From positions 1-64,000 of the IMG/VR virus record IMGVR_UViG_3300011616_000001: a stretch of DNA of 64,000 bases, one strand, 5' to 3'. The notes below the pieces were generated by a model, which worked only from the letters and a program-made list of their open reading frames with translations, did not search any database and was not told the origin of the DNA. Shown in pieces: positions 29,701 to 37,825 of the stretch (its first letter is position 1; each line of letters begins with the position of its first letter). A program made the translations under genes and the position numbers. The stretch is from a virus. Its lineage: Duplodnaviria; Caudoviricetes.

Positions 29701-30044
29701 ATCTTTGCAGCAAGGGCTGTGTGGAGGTTGGAGAGGGTAACAGTGACACCTTGGTTGGTGATCTTTGCACCAGTGTTAGCATCGGTCGCAATAGTGTTTT
29801 GTGCTTCGGCAACTGTCAGGCCGGACGTAGCGAGAATGTCGCCTTCGGTGCTAGCAGTCACAGCAGCCGTAGAAAGTAGCAGCGATTTTTTTTCTGCATC
29901 AAGAAGTTTTGATGATAATACTAGTTTTTGTTGAGAAGCATCCAGTGTGTCAAATAAAGCAGCAGCTCTCGTTATATTGTTTATATCTTCATTGCCCATT
30001 AGTGTATTGATTACACTACCCACACCTATTAGATTTTTAATTTG
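23790..30044 (-). CDS. Tape measure protein of prophage B, exon 3 (2,084 codons)
   Basis: Long helical ORF; GELGQE...VGDNGAEF motif; no SD before the TTG at 30047. Confidence 0.85.
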   Translation of the reverse strand, partial: QIKNLIGVGSVINTLMGNEDINNITRAAALFDTLDASQQKLVLSSKLLDAEKKSLLLSTAAVTASTEGDILATSGLTVAEAQNTIATDANTGAKITNQGVTVTLSNLHTALAAKMGISTAAAATLTAALTAGIVVVAGAAIAYKQYQQQRQESIDAANDSLQALRSEQESINDTAEKYKTLYKELTAANTTEERQFEIKSELLKLQTELNDKYGEEHGKIDLVTNAYANQLGVITQLNKQLAENWLNSKEDDINTAKDEYYKKRTFALHGYNRNNDDGKMVDEIVSKYRKKGLRTESTAVEGYYKLYLDADVENAEEIINDFMTEVRAVKKEFESENIGTSIDMTGILKGGSAGLDVVKEVMGNTKDIVEDEKLYIVMTTSSLAEDYNLAAEAVTRYNTALTSGTKEDITGAHDNLREVRNSIDLTEGKWRGYESVIEGVFDKASSQIHDFQYALKNPSAAIANIDLSANTNMIDRVGSIVGNYKRNLSASSLTDVFGKKSTTELKLLAEDPNSKNAFKDLIELGKEYGLTIDDVIFALEDMGIKQKEIGKLGDSDVEDYFASIEDLGDASSITADRVVELAEENEVLAHLLYETGASAEYLATALQKTANGENGFASLTESGILLSKVLGGLDNEMHGVAKAKDKLNKVLGEDDYNDSYVDSTEKFKTLQENLKKGDFGKHTEGLLEYFFGDRSYDMDLDAARAEVKKFQSLWSDPDNNGAAIMNPLLDLQKSGVLEKLNSSAQLLSDGSFELNLDPTQYEEVAKAIGISKEAFLEFLEASKINGSTVKYNVEELAEAFKLVGFSMEDLDGKSVMSMQTLERYLEELGFSGKQIHQILGEVAEMDTTVLIDFETSGNEERIRANMEKLKELGLIKIDAETGNIDIDNLIKGLMEDFGQSKEDVQTALTEMLMLEGVSFQTADLVPINDLTEALGRIESLEIDTEKAGLLKITEEADDAKVSVDTLTDAISEAGKLELTKTRDSLEGVGTDANGAKKKVDDLATAIKALPSVLADIHVNATAKVTGDSEGIGEESAAGAYGTAYANGNSGIKNRKALKKVLVGELGQETIVDPHSGTYHTVGDNGAEFIDKPKDAIIFNHKQTEQLQRNGKIGSRGKAFAKGNAFANGLNYGWTKENVDRVNNANSSKSKSKSKSDKDKETEIDWIERLLEILKDQRDELEKDASNAAMSYLGLTQEEFDRAKELIEANGSTITTDMVELQEIAKNAGMSMADLFAMIYNGENYSESRRSALAQIIEADKIHLETYMTAIEEYQRKYEELVNKLAPEIRDKIENGSIEISSYSGDEAKDIEAAISAHDKLKDTVKEKNDLEAEAAENIKNYYDNNIEYLDKQADRITSTNAKIDAQNQLLVAQGKIVSSQSYEQVIANNKKLIALYEQKIKEAKKKLAELGASPDDEDYHDIMSDIEGWEEDMAGLDLAIAEVEDQLLNLPIENMEVILNMINSITDTMERWGSEMEASGKKLDREYYQMLIDNGMKVIDQYKEQIGLIQDVMDEYDEGSENWNKLYDKMQSINAEMSAMIENLHKWNEAMLQIPLDTVNDYSSALQKALDAMSKVQSEYESVISTVTNAIQEQIDLLEEERDLEKEKNQAQIDVLNERLELLNKQNEALQLQTAYEQALYDLHSANTQKTERVIREGTVVYENNAENLRNAQESLQDALANLEKHNLQQQIDGLQDELDAVNDRYEEQIDSLEKISEKWSEIADKIEQAKNEAATSDILGEGWKDKVLSGKDDDIYDMFSGMYQTLSDQMTQYEDQIESTENIYNLLNDYIAAYKEGTITYDQAVAGINDLLSQMNQKMSGMDNLNNVFDFLSASTGAEANADSILTTVQDALITAGEELIDSFRQYNENAGLISEYMTSWEQLTTDVNDIKYILEDVRDNLEDALDEMNSRRSSDDDDDDDDSPWGNWGGSLNDIFSGYGNDSIPIENDLYADGIENGLVGTGNETKRERLLRLFSSQPIEDINNAVPIIAHRGEAVLNDDQQAMLLKNLSAAAAPISHFIPPTFDQGQLSTRGSGDSTTFTFGDIKIERCDNPDQLAEGILKGGLRAAVMQQIGKPTSRHR

Positions 30045-30066
30045 CAATACATCATATATGCTGAAG

Positions 30067-30095
30067 TTGTTAATCTTTAGCTTATATGCTAGAAT
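30067..30095 (+). promoter_or_regulatory. Promoter of the antisense cargo gene
   Basis: TTGTTA-17 nt-TAGAAT with extended -10 TG. Confidence 0.65.
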
Positions 30096-30116
30096 TTAAA
30101 ATGGGAGGTAATAAAA

Positions 30117-30482
30117 ATGGAAACAAAAAAAGAAGACTACGTTATTGTCACAGGAGAAACTGAATTAAAAGCTTTCGATAAAGGGAGAAAGATGTTTGAT
30201 CCTTCTATCTCAGGTTATTTTAAGTGTGAAGTTATATCAAAGACTGATACAGAAGCGACTGTTAAGGTAATTAAAGTTCCCCCACTTACCCCGGCAGAAG
30301 CGGCAGCATACAGGCAGTCACTATCATTACCACCAATAGTCACCTGTCCCTACTGCAAATCAACAGACACCAAAAAGATATCGGGCCTATCCAAAGCTGG
30401 ATCAGTCGCTGTCTGGGGAATCTTTGCTGCTGGGAAGGTGTCGAAGCAATGGAAGTGTGGGAAGTGTAAGAGTGAGTTTTAG
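30117..30482 (+). CDS. Small zinc-ribbon protein with hydrophobic patch (intron cargo)
   Basis: GGGAGG SD; CPYC...CGKC; AVWGIFAA. Confidence 0.8.
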   Translation: METKKEDYVIVTGETELKAFDKGRKMFDPSISGYFKCEVISKTDTEATVKVIKVPPLTPAEAAAYRQSLSLPPIVTCPYCKSTDTKKISGLSKAGSVAVWGIFAAGKVSKQWKCGKCKSEF

Positions 30483-30484
30483 GC

Positions 30485-30538
30485 AAATAAAAAGAGTGCT
30501 GTAAAATAGCCAAACAATCAGTTATTTTACAGCACTCT
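30485..30538. terminator. Bidirectional intrinsic terminator inside intron 2
   Basis: 16-bp perfect stem 30493-30508/30523-30538; on - strand followed by UUUUUAUUU. Confidence 0.8.
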
Positions 30539-30604
30539 ATTACTATTTAAATGATATATCAGATATTGGATAAATCGAAGTAGCATTATAATACCATTCA
30601 TTAT

Positions 30605-30853
30605 TTAGTGATTAATAAGAGGAGTGTTTACAACATATTCCTTAAAATTATCAAATATTAGACCTAATTCTACCCAATAGCTGACTAATCTGAGCATTCG
30701 TTGTGCTTCTGGCTCTACACCTAATTCAATTAATTTTTTAGATATTGTATCGATTGTGAAACGTCCACCGGGTTGTGACAAAGCAACATTATATACTATA
30801 AGATCATAGTCGCTTCCTATATTGCTGCTACGTTTAATTAACATATTACACAT
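30605..30853 (-). CDS. Small hypothetical protein, possibly winged-helix (intron cargo)
   Basis: GAGGGG SD overlapping the end of the HD gene; 82 aa. Confidence 0.7.
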   Translation of the reverse strand: MCNMLIKRSSNIGSDYDLIVYNVALSQPGGRFTIDTISKKLIELGVEPEAQRMLRLVSYWVELGLIFDNFKEYVVNTPLINH

Positions 30854-30858
30854 GGCAA

Positions 30859-32949
30859 TTACCCCTCTTGTTTAATATTTTTATAGATATCTATTTGATT
30901 ATCTAAAGTAGTTATTATTAGATTAACTGCATTTTTGGCAATTTCTACTCCGACACGATTTAAAAACTTGTCAAGATCCAAGTTCCTTTCATATTTCTTT
31001 GGTAAAATATAAATGTAAAATTGAGGGAAAGTATTATAACCCAAATTTAATACATTTCTAATTGAACTTATCTCATGAATAGAAACAACATTCTCTGAAT
31101 TCTTCTTTTGGCTATGAAACATAATTGGTTTGGTTAATCCGTTATTATATTTCTTTATAACACAGACTACGTCTTCAATCGAATTTCCCAAGGCTTCCTT
31201 ACTTTTATTTACACTCTCTTTTATTGCAGGATTTAAACCAAAAGGTTTTATAGAATACAATATCTTTATACTATTAAATATTAAGCCCTGAAATGTGTTT
31301 GAGTCGTTTTCGTAGTTTTCTGTAGCTGAATAGAAGACAGAAGCAACATCTTTTAAAAAAGGATCAATTGGAACTTTTGGTGAACTTCCCGATTCTTTAT
31401 CACTTAAATTTTGCAAGGATTTAATCTTACAATCTATGATTTCTTTATTGCTCATTAATTCATTTAAAATTGCTTTATCAATAATTAAGAAATCTTCTAG
31501 TCTTTTTATGACCGAAATATAGTACCGTTTATTCATTAAAAGTTCTTTAAGCTGTTTTGTTAAGTAATTATCTGGATTGCCAATATAATTGCTGAAAAAA
31601 TGCTTTTTTAATACAGTCAACAACCAAGAGTCATCCCATTGCGAAATTGCATAAGAACTTTCAACACCAGATATAGGTTTTAAAGCTTTCCACAACCCAG
31701 ATATGTCATTGGGCAATAAATCAGAGTATTTCTCTTCTGCAATTTCGGCTACCTCCTTCGCAGGTATTCCTACTTCCATTGTAGCTGCAGCTTCATTGTC
31801 TTCTTCTGGCATATCTTTATTCAGTTTATCTTTCAAATATGCAATACTGATATTGGTAATTACATTTTGCATCAAATAATCCGTTTTAACCGCATGATGA
31901 TGAAATATTATATTTTTATAAATACCCCATCTTCGTTCAAGAAAATCTTCCACTGTATTAACCACTTTTATACTTGGACAAAATAAATAATTTCGTTCTT
32001 CTTTATTAGTTTTGGCGCTTGTGATGTCTGCTTGAACAAGTTTCATACTACTAAATAACCTATCGTATTCAATAGTGCCTTTTTTTAATCCTGAGTTATA
32101 TGCATCTCTTGAAGAGTAGTCAAGTCGATCACCATCTAATGATCCATCGATAATAGCATGTATATCTTCAAAATCTTTCTCGGTAAAAATATCACAGGCA
32201 GTTCGAACGATCAAAACTTCAAATAATTGTTTATTATATATTTTTGCATTACTTGAATCACTTTCGTCAATATTATCGACCGAATCCCGTAAAATTCTTT
32301 CAGAAATCCTATTCCCCATTTGTTCGTGTAGTTTTTGTGAACCTGTCCCATTAAATGAGTTCATAATTTTAATGAATTCATTCATTTTAGGGGTTTTATC
32401 AGTTATCCCTGATATTATTTCTTTTACATCTTCTAATGCAAATTCTGCTACATGACTATATGGTGGATGCCCAATATCATGTAATAGAGCCGCAACTCTA
32501 ATAGCTTCATGAAGAATTACATATGTCGATTGATGATCAAGTGCATTTTTGGGCATATTGAAAAAATTATCAAACTCTTTTGGAATTTTTGGGATTTTTG
32601 CTGTACGAAGTTTTTCAAGGCGTTCCCCAAATTTATTCGCAAATTTATCTAATGCAAGGTTAGGTATTGATTTATTGAGCTTATCTTCATAATGCACAAA
32701 GAAATTTTTTGCATGTTCGGGATTAGCATTTTTGATTGAATTATAAAAAATATTACTACATAAATGCATTGTACCTATACTGTGTTCAAATCGTTTTGTC
32801 CTATTACATGGAAAGGTCATGTATACAGTGGAATTTTGATACACATCATGAAGTCGGTTAAACATAACATGCGATAAGACTTTTCTTTCCAAATTAGTTA
32901 ATTCAATATTTCCATGAATACTATCTGCTATGATGCCCCTTTTAGCCAT
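30859..32949 (-). CDS. HD-domain phosphohydrolase, SAMHD1/dNTP-triphosphohydrolase-like (intron cargo)
   Basis: DSIHG, RFEHSIG, LLHDIGHPPYSH, DRLDY; AT-rich. Confidence 0.85.
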   Translation of the reverse strand: MAKRGIIADSIHGNIELTNLERKVLSHVMFNRLHDVYQNSTVYMTFPCNRTKRFEHSIGTMHLCSNIFYNSIKNANPEHAKNFFVHYEDKLNKSIPNLALDKFANKFGERLEKLRTAKIPKIPKEFDNFFNMPKNALDHQSTYVILHEAIRVAALLHDIGHPPYSHVAEFALEDVKEIISGITDKTPKMNEFIKIMNSFNGTGSQKLHEQMGNRISERILRDSVDNIDESDSSNAKIYNKQLFEVLIVRTACDIFTEKDFEDIHAIIDGSLDGDRLDYSSRDAYNSGLKKGTIEYDRLFSSMKLVQADITSAKTNKEERNYLFCPSIKVVNTVEDFLERRWGIYKNIIFHHHAVKTDYLMQNVITNISIAYLKDKLNKDMPEEDNEAAATMEVGIPAKEVAEIAEEKYSDLLPNDISGLWKALKPISGVESSYAISQWDDSWLLTVLKKHFFSNYIGNPDNYLTKQLKELLMNKRYYISVIKRLEDFLIIDKAILNELMSNKEIIDCKIKSLQNLSDKESGSSPKVPIDPFLKDVASVFYSATENYENDSNTFQGLIFNSIKILYSIKPFGLNPAIKESVNKSKEALGNSIEDVVCVIKKYNNGLTKPIMFHSQKKNSENVVSIHEISSIRNVLNLGYNTFPQFYIYILPKKYERNLDLDKFLNRVGVEIAKNAVNLIITTLDNQIDIYKNIKQEG

Positions 32950-33704
32950 AACCCCTCACTTTTGTAATAACAGTATGTAAAATGTATTGTATTTACTTGA
33001 AATCAAAAAATGCTTAGTACTGTTATACGCGTAGTTTTTTCTATATATTACCATATATGCTGTGTTTTTTCTATAACTTTATTATTGTTTTAATTATTTT
33101 ATATCATTCTAATTACAATTTATCAAGCGGATTTTATCATATTTAGTCAACTTATCATTGATAAAAAAATAATAAATTGCATTTTTAAAGGTTGTCTATT
33201 TTTCTTTAACAAACGACTAAAAATAGTAAACAAGCCGCCTGACCTTTTCTAGCAAGGATTATCAGAGAGTCAGAAAACTCCAATAATCACTATACCTTAA
33301 AAGCATTCCCAGTAAGGTAGGGGATACTCTGAGGATCGGTAGTCGTTGAACATCCATTCCAATTTAACCTGTTACTCCTTTTTAGGGGGATATTGGTTTC
33401 GTAGACCGTTGGAATGTGTGCTGCTAGTTACCCATTGTCGTGTAGCACTTAGGACGTATTTGCATACGCTTGTATTTCACCTTATGCCAAACAACCCGTT
33501 TTTTCTGCTTTCGCCGCATATCACGTTTATCATTGCTGATTCCGTTGTAGCCGGGATGTTGTTAGGGGATTCAAGCAATTACTCCTCATGACGTTTATTT
33601 TAAAACTCCGTCTACACATAATTGTACTATGAACCATGCTATCATTTCCTTTTATGTGCGTGCCCAAATTAAAAATCTAATAAAATACCCTTCTTTCAGG
33701 GTTA

Positions 33705-34056
33705 AGCGAAGTTTTTGAAAAGTTTGAAGCCGCCCAGTCCTGCTAGGAGAGGAGTCAGGACGCCGACTTCTTTGACAATTTGTGTTAGGACATTGACGAA
33801 GGCTGTGCCACCATCAACAAAGTTTTTTAGGAAGTCTGAGCTTATTGCCGTTTGAGCAAGGCCTTGGAACGCGGCCTTCAGTCTGCCCAATCTAAATTCG
33901 AGCGATTCAGCATACCTGCTCTGTTCCTCCATAGCTGATCCGGAGGAATTCTTTGAATCGTTATAGGCTTTTTCTACCTGTCCGGATTGGAATGCCTTGA
34001 TAAGTGCTGCGATTTGGTTACCACGCTGTTTACCAGCAATTATTTCGAGTAGGTCT
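33705..34056 (-). CDS. Tape measure protein of prophage B, exon 2 (117 codons)
   Basis: Open frame DLLEIIAGKQRGNQIAAL...KNFA, continuing the TP901-type motif from exon 1. Confidence 0.85.
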
Positions 34057-35848
34057 CATTTTGTTCCGCAAGTTCATAACGCTTGCGAGTTATTGGCTTA
34101 TTCTATAGTTGATTAGGCTATAGATGGTATTTCTTTTATAATATTGAGTTTTACAAGTTCATCAAATAGCTTATATTCAATATCATCATAACAAGTAATT
34201 CTTATTAAGTATATTTTATTCTTGCGACAATAATCGTCTTTTATATTGTCATGGCTTACAGTTTTGGAAAATGAGTTCAGCCCCCAAACTGGACGAAAAT
34301 GTTGTTCTCCGTCGAATTCTATTAAGGTGTTATACTCTGGCAGATAAAAATCAAAGGGTAAAGGTCTTTTATCCTTGCAATCTTGGTATTTTTTTTGAGT
34401 TTCAAATTGATAGCCCCATTTATCCAACAGATTACTAATTTGTTTCTCTCCCCAATAAAATCTGCTGCATTTGGGACACGATTTACCTTTTTTAACCATG
34501 TGACTAGCATGGGATAGGTATATAAATCCGCATAATTTACATTGAAGCTTTACATTATTTTTCATGCCATGATATTCTAAAACACTTATATTGGGGACTA
34601 AGCGAGTTACTTTTAGAGAAAATTCGTCTAGAGTCAAATAATTATGAGCGGAAAGTTTTTCTAATCCACATAAATAGCAACCCCTTCCATTTAAAATATC
34701 CTGCATGGACTTTGTTGAAATAACATTGTGCTTAATGCAACGGCATTTAATCCTGGCAGACAGTTTTGTATAAGGTTCCAACAATTGTACATTAGGATTT
34801 ACTTCTGCGGCTTTTTGCATTACATATTGTTTGGGCAGCTGTCGCCCAAAACAATATTTACACCCCTTGATATCTCGTTCCATATTTTTCTGTTGCATAA
34901 GTTGTATACCAAAATCTTTATGTTTGTTACAGATGAATTTAATAAATATAATGCCGTCCATTCTAATCGTATCTATGTATGTAAAATCCTTTGACTCAGC
35001 CAAGACCTTATGTTTTTCTTTGTCAAGTGCAATTCTTTTCTTATTTCCATTTGCAATTCGCCCGCAGTGAGGACACCCCTTTCCCTCCAATAGATGGCCG
35101 AGAGTAGTATGTTGTTCCCCAATTTCTTCATGTATTTTGCATATATATTTTATTTTAGAACCAGCGTTGTGAAAGTCGGTTGCATCAGACTTGAGTATAT
35201 AGTTCTTTTTTTCTATATAATGAACAACATCATCAAATGAATACTTTTTGTTTCCGCTGGGCCTTTTCAATTTCATGTCTTTTCTCTTACAGGACACCGA
35301 GCTTAATGTTCTTGGGAAAAGAAGTACACAAAGTTCTTCATCAGACATTAATTTCCAGTTATCAATAATAATTTGTTCTTCTTGTTTCGTCCATTTCAAG
35401 TTATCACCCTTGTACTATTTATTTTTTGTTGGAAGGTAATCAACCTCCATATCACGCCAATAACATCTCTGTGTTTCCACAGACGGTCAGACTATTTCTT
35501 AACCACACTCTTTCATATAGAAGAGTAGCAGTCACACCGTTTCCATTTAAGGGGTTCTCACCCATACCATTAATTTGTACCGTACTCCTATTGCCATAGA
35601 TATGTATTCTCTGGTCTATGGCCCTTCACGGGGATAGTCGTTTGACTCATTCCTATTCGGAACTTCGCGCCCAAGCTACCATTGTCACTCCACTTAGGAT
35701 TTTGTCCATATGGAATCTCTGTCGTTGTTTCACTTTCGTTACCTTCATACCAGCATATTTCATCCGTATTGTGGTGACAGAGCTTTAGGTTTTACTGGGT
35801 TTAGATGTGTTGTTCTGTGCATATTTCTATGCACACAGGCAGAACTTT
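34057..35848 (-). ncRNA. Group I intron 1 (1,792 nt), IA-like
   Basis: P1 CAGGC/GCCUG, P10 5/6, P3 CACAUC/GGUGUG, P7 GACUA 35639-35635 / UAGUC 35494-35490, P9 CUGUG-GAAA-CACAG, terminal G 34057. Confidence 0.9.
34113..35399 (-). CDS. Intron-encoded homing endonuclease (zinc-finger repeats plus Vsr/DUF559-like nuclease)
   Basis: Four Cys/His modules; GEKQI...PFDFY...IEFDGEQH...LIRI. Confidence 0.8.
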   Translation of the reverse strand: MKWTKQEEQIIIDNWKLMSDEELCVLLFPRTLSSVSCKRKDMKLKRPSGNKKYSFDDVVHYIEKKNYILKSDATDFHNAGSKIKYICKIHEEIGEQHTTLGHLLEGKGCPHCGRIANGNKKRIALDKEKHKVLAESKDFTYIDTIRMDGIIFIKFICNKHKDFGIQLMQQKNMERDIKGCKYCFGRQLPKQYVMQKAAEVNPNVQLLEPYTKLSARIKCRCIKHNVISTKSMQDILNGRGCYLCGLEKLSAHNYLTLDEFSLKVTRLVPNISVLEYHGMKNNVKLQCKLCGFIYLSHASHMVKKGKSCPKCSRFYWGEKQISNLLDKWGYQFETQKKYQDCKDKRPLPFDFYLPEYNTLIEFDGEQHFRPVWGLNSFSKTVSHDNIKDDYCRKNKIYLIRITCYDDIEYKLFDELVKLNIIKEIPSIA

Positions 35849-37560
35849 GCCTGTTCAGTTTGAGAGATGCGATCCCAAACTTCTGCAATACCTTGTAGAA
35901 TCTCATACGTTGAACGGAAATTTCCTTGGTCGTCAAATATGTTGACAGTCCCCATTGTCCGATTAAGGATCTGGGTTTGAATTTTTGATATGGAACCTAC
36001 ATTTTCATATTCTTCACCTAATTCTTCGAGGTTCCCCTTCATTCCGCGAATACGCATTGAGAGTATTTTTAAGCTGTTTCCTGTTTCTGACGCATTTTGA
36101 GTTATCTCTGTAGCACCGGTTAACATCGCCAAACTCTCATGAATATCGTTTCCAGCCATGTTGAGTGCGGCAGCAGAGTTTCTTAGCCCCTCACCTAGTG
36201 AAGCTGAATCCGTAGCAAATTTATTGCCTAAAATATTAAGTGAATCAATAATATCTATCGCATCCGTCGCTTCGATATTGAACGACTTCATGGCCGTGAC
36301 CATATCACTTACAGCTGTAGCATCATCGACCTCGCCAACGTTTGAGTATATGGAAGAGTACTCCGCGAGTACAGCTGATTCATCGACATTGAAGCCCAGC
36401 TTTGCCCAGTTAGCACTCTGAGTAACGAAACTAGAAGTAGTACGCCCTAACTCCTGAGCTTTCTTGTTTGCATTATCAAGAAATCGAGAGTATCGCCTAT
36501 CCGTCTCATCCGTAACTTTATAGAGGTTAGTCATTGCCGTATCAACTTCATAAACTGCCGAAACCATTTGCCTGATGGTTGTAATGGTTTTCATTATCAC
36601 GGCTGTAATACCAAACCACTGACCAAACTTACTGGCCTGATCCTTGATACTATCCATAAATGACCTACCCAGCTTGTTTGATCGGCGGGCAGCACCTTCA
36701 ATATTCACAAACCCCTGTCGTATTTCTTCTAATCGAGCCTTGGTGATCTGAGCACTTGAATTCAACTCATTTAAATATCCGTTTATCTGAGATCCATACG
36801 CTTTGACACCCATAGTCTTTGAGTTCTTGTCAGCAAACTCCTTGATCCTGTTCGTCAAATTATATCGAGACTGCTCAGAGGCAAGCTTGGTCTCGGCAGT
36901 GGTTAACTGTTTTACCTCATTCTTGACCTTAGCCAACACCTGCTGATACTCTTTCCAGACTGCAACCTTATCCTTTTTGGTCAGATTGGTATTCAGTTTT
37001 TGACTGAGTGAAATGAGTGTTTCATAGTCCGTCTTTAGTCCGGGTGGGATGGCAGCAGTCGCCAACGAATTGTAATTTTTTGAAGCCTTGGATACATCTG
37101 AAGACACTTTACTTTGAGCAATAGCCTTATTAATTTTCTGTATTTTTTGATATTCGTCATCTAATGCCTTATTAGCGGCCCTGTTTTGAGCTGTAGCTTG
37201 TCTCTTTTCCTCGGCTCGTCTTGCTGATTCGGTGGCTTCTCGGACTCTGCCCATAGCGTTGATCAACTTGTTTTGGGCTTTATCTGCTTTTTCCGCACCA
37301 GAGACCGCTTGCTTATAAAATTCTTTAGCCCATTGATTAGCCTCTTTACTTGAGACCGCATCGCCCATCAAATGTTTTATTTCCTTGCTAAGCGTGCTCA
37401 CTTGATCGCGTACACTCTTTTTCGATTTAGCAAACTCCTCTAAATCAAGAGTTGCACTAAGTTTTACTTTCTCCATTAGAAGCTGTTTTTGAATTGCTGG
37501 TATACTTTTAGCATCAAGTTTAGCTTCTAATAAAATTCTAAAATCTGAATTACTTCCCAT
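35849..37560 (-). CDS. Tape measure protein of prophage B, exon 1 (TP901-type core)
   Basis: VDTAMTNLYKVT, ANWAKLGF, NKFAT, GNSLKILSMRIRG. Confidence 0.9.
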
Positions 37561-37639
37561 GTTGCTCCTTTCCAGATTGACTTTTGAACAACAAAAAAGA
37601 GCCAGGATTAACCTGACTCTCTATAAAAACATTATTTAG

Positions 37640-37795
37640 TTAATAGGACATCGGCTTCAATATCCATGTTGTGTTTGGGTGTGGGTGCTCTTTGATAAAT
37701 TGAGCAACCTCATCAATGTCCCCCTTATTTGTGTCCTCTACAATCTCTGTGTTGAGTGCATCACTCTGAATCCCGATTACTTTGATATATTCCAT
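37640..37795 (-). CDS. Small hypothetical protein (51 aa)
   Basis: AGGGG SD before ATG 37795. Confidence 0.6.
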   Translation of the reverse strand: MEYIKVIGIQSDALNTEIVEDTNKGDIDEVAQFIKEHPHPNTTWILKPMSY

Positions 37796-37825
37796 ATTAA
37801 ATACCCCCTGTTTTATGATAAGGTG

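Larger units (their letters stand above)
30045..33704 (-). ncRNA. Group I intron 2 (3,660 nt) carrying cargo genes
   Basis: P1 GCU/GGC with U.G; 18-bp P10; terminal G at 30045; P3 UGAGGA/UCCUCA; GUUCAACGACUA; P8; in-frame exon junction. P7 3' strand non-canonical. Confidence 0.75.

Noticed and set aside
30045-30047. TTG as an independent start of the 2,085-aa ORF
   Set aside because: No SD upstream; its G is the predicted intron terminal G.
23790-30047. Numerous short opposite-strand ORFs in the track (here and across both late operons, e.g. 12135-12596, 13873-14211, 60596-61099)
   Set aside because: Shadow frames of long genes, with no SD or recognisable motifs.
30134-30139. UAGUCU on the - strand ~90 nt before omega-G as a remote P7 3' strand (split ribozyme)
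   Set aside because: It lies inside the coding sequence of the + strand gene, lacks a canonical J8/7, and a 6-mer match can occur by chance. Kept only as a possibility.
30027-33682. 18-bp inverted repeat read as a DNA inversion site for the cargo
   Set aside because: Inverting the segment leaves the TAA at 33704-33702 in place and does not rejoin the TMP frame. The repeat's exact abutment to omega-G and P1 fits an RNA guide instead.
33702-33932. 76-aa ORF as a stand-alone gene
   Set aside because: The frame is open upstream to 34055 and continues the TP901-type TMP motif, so it is exon 2.
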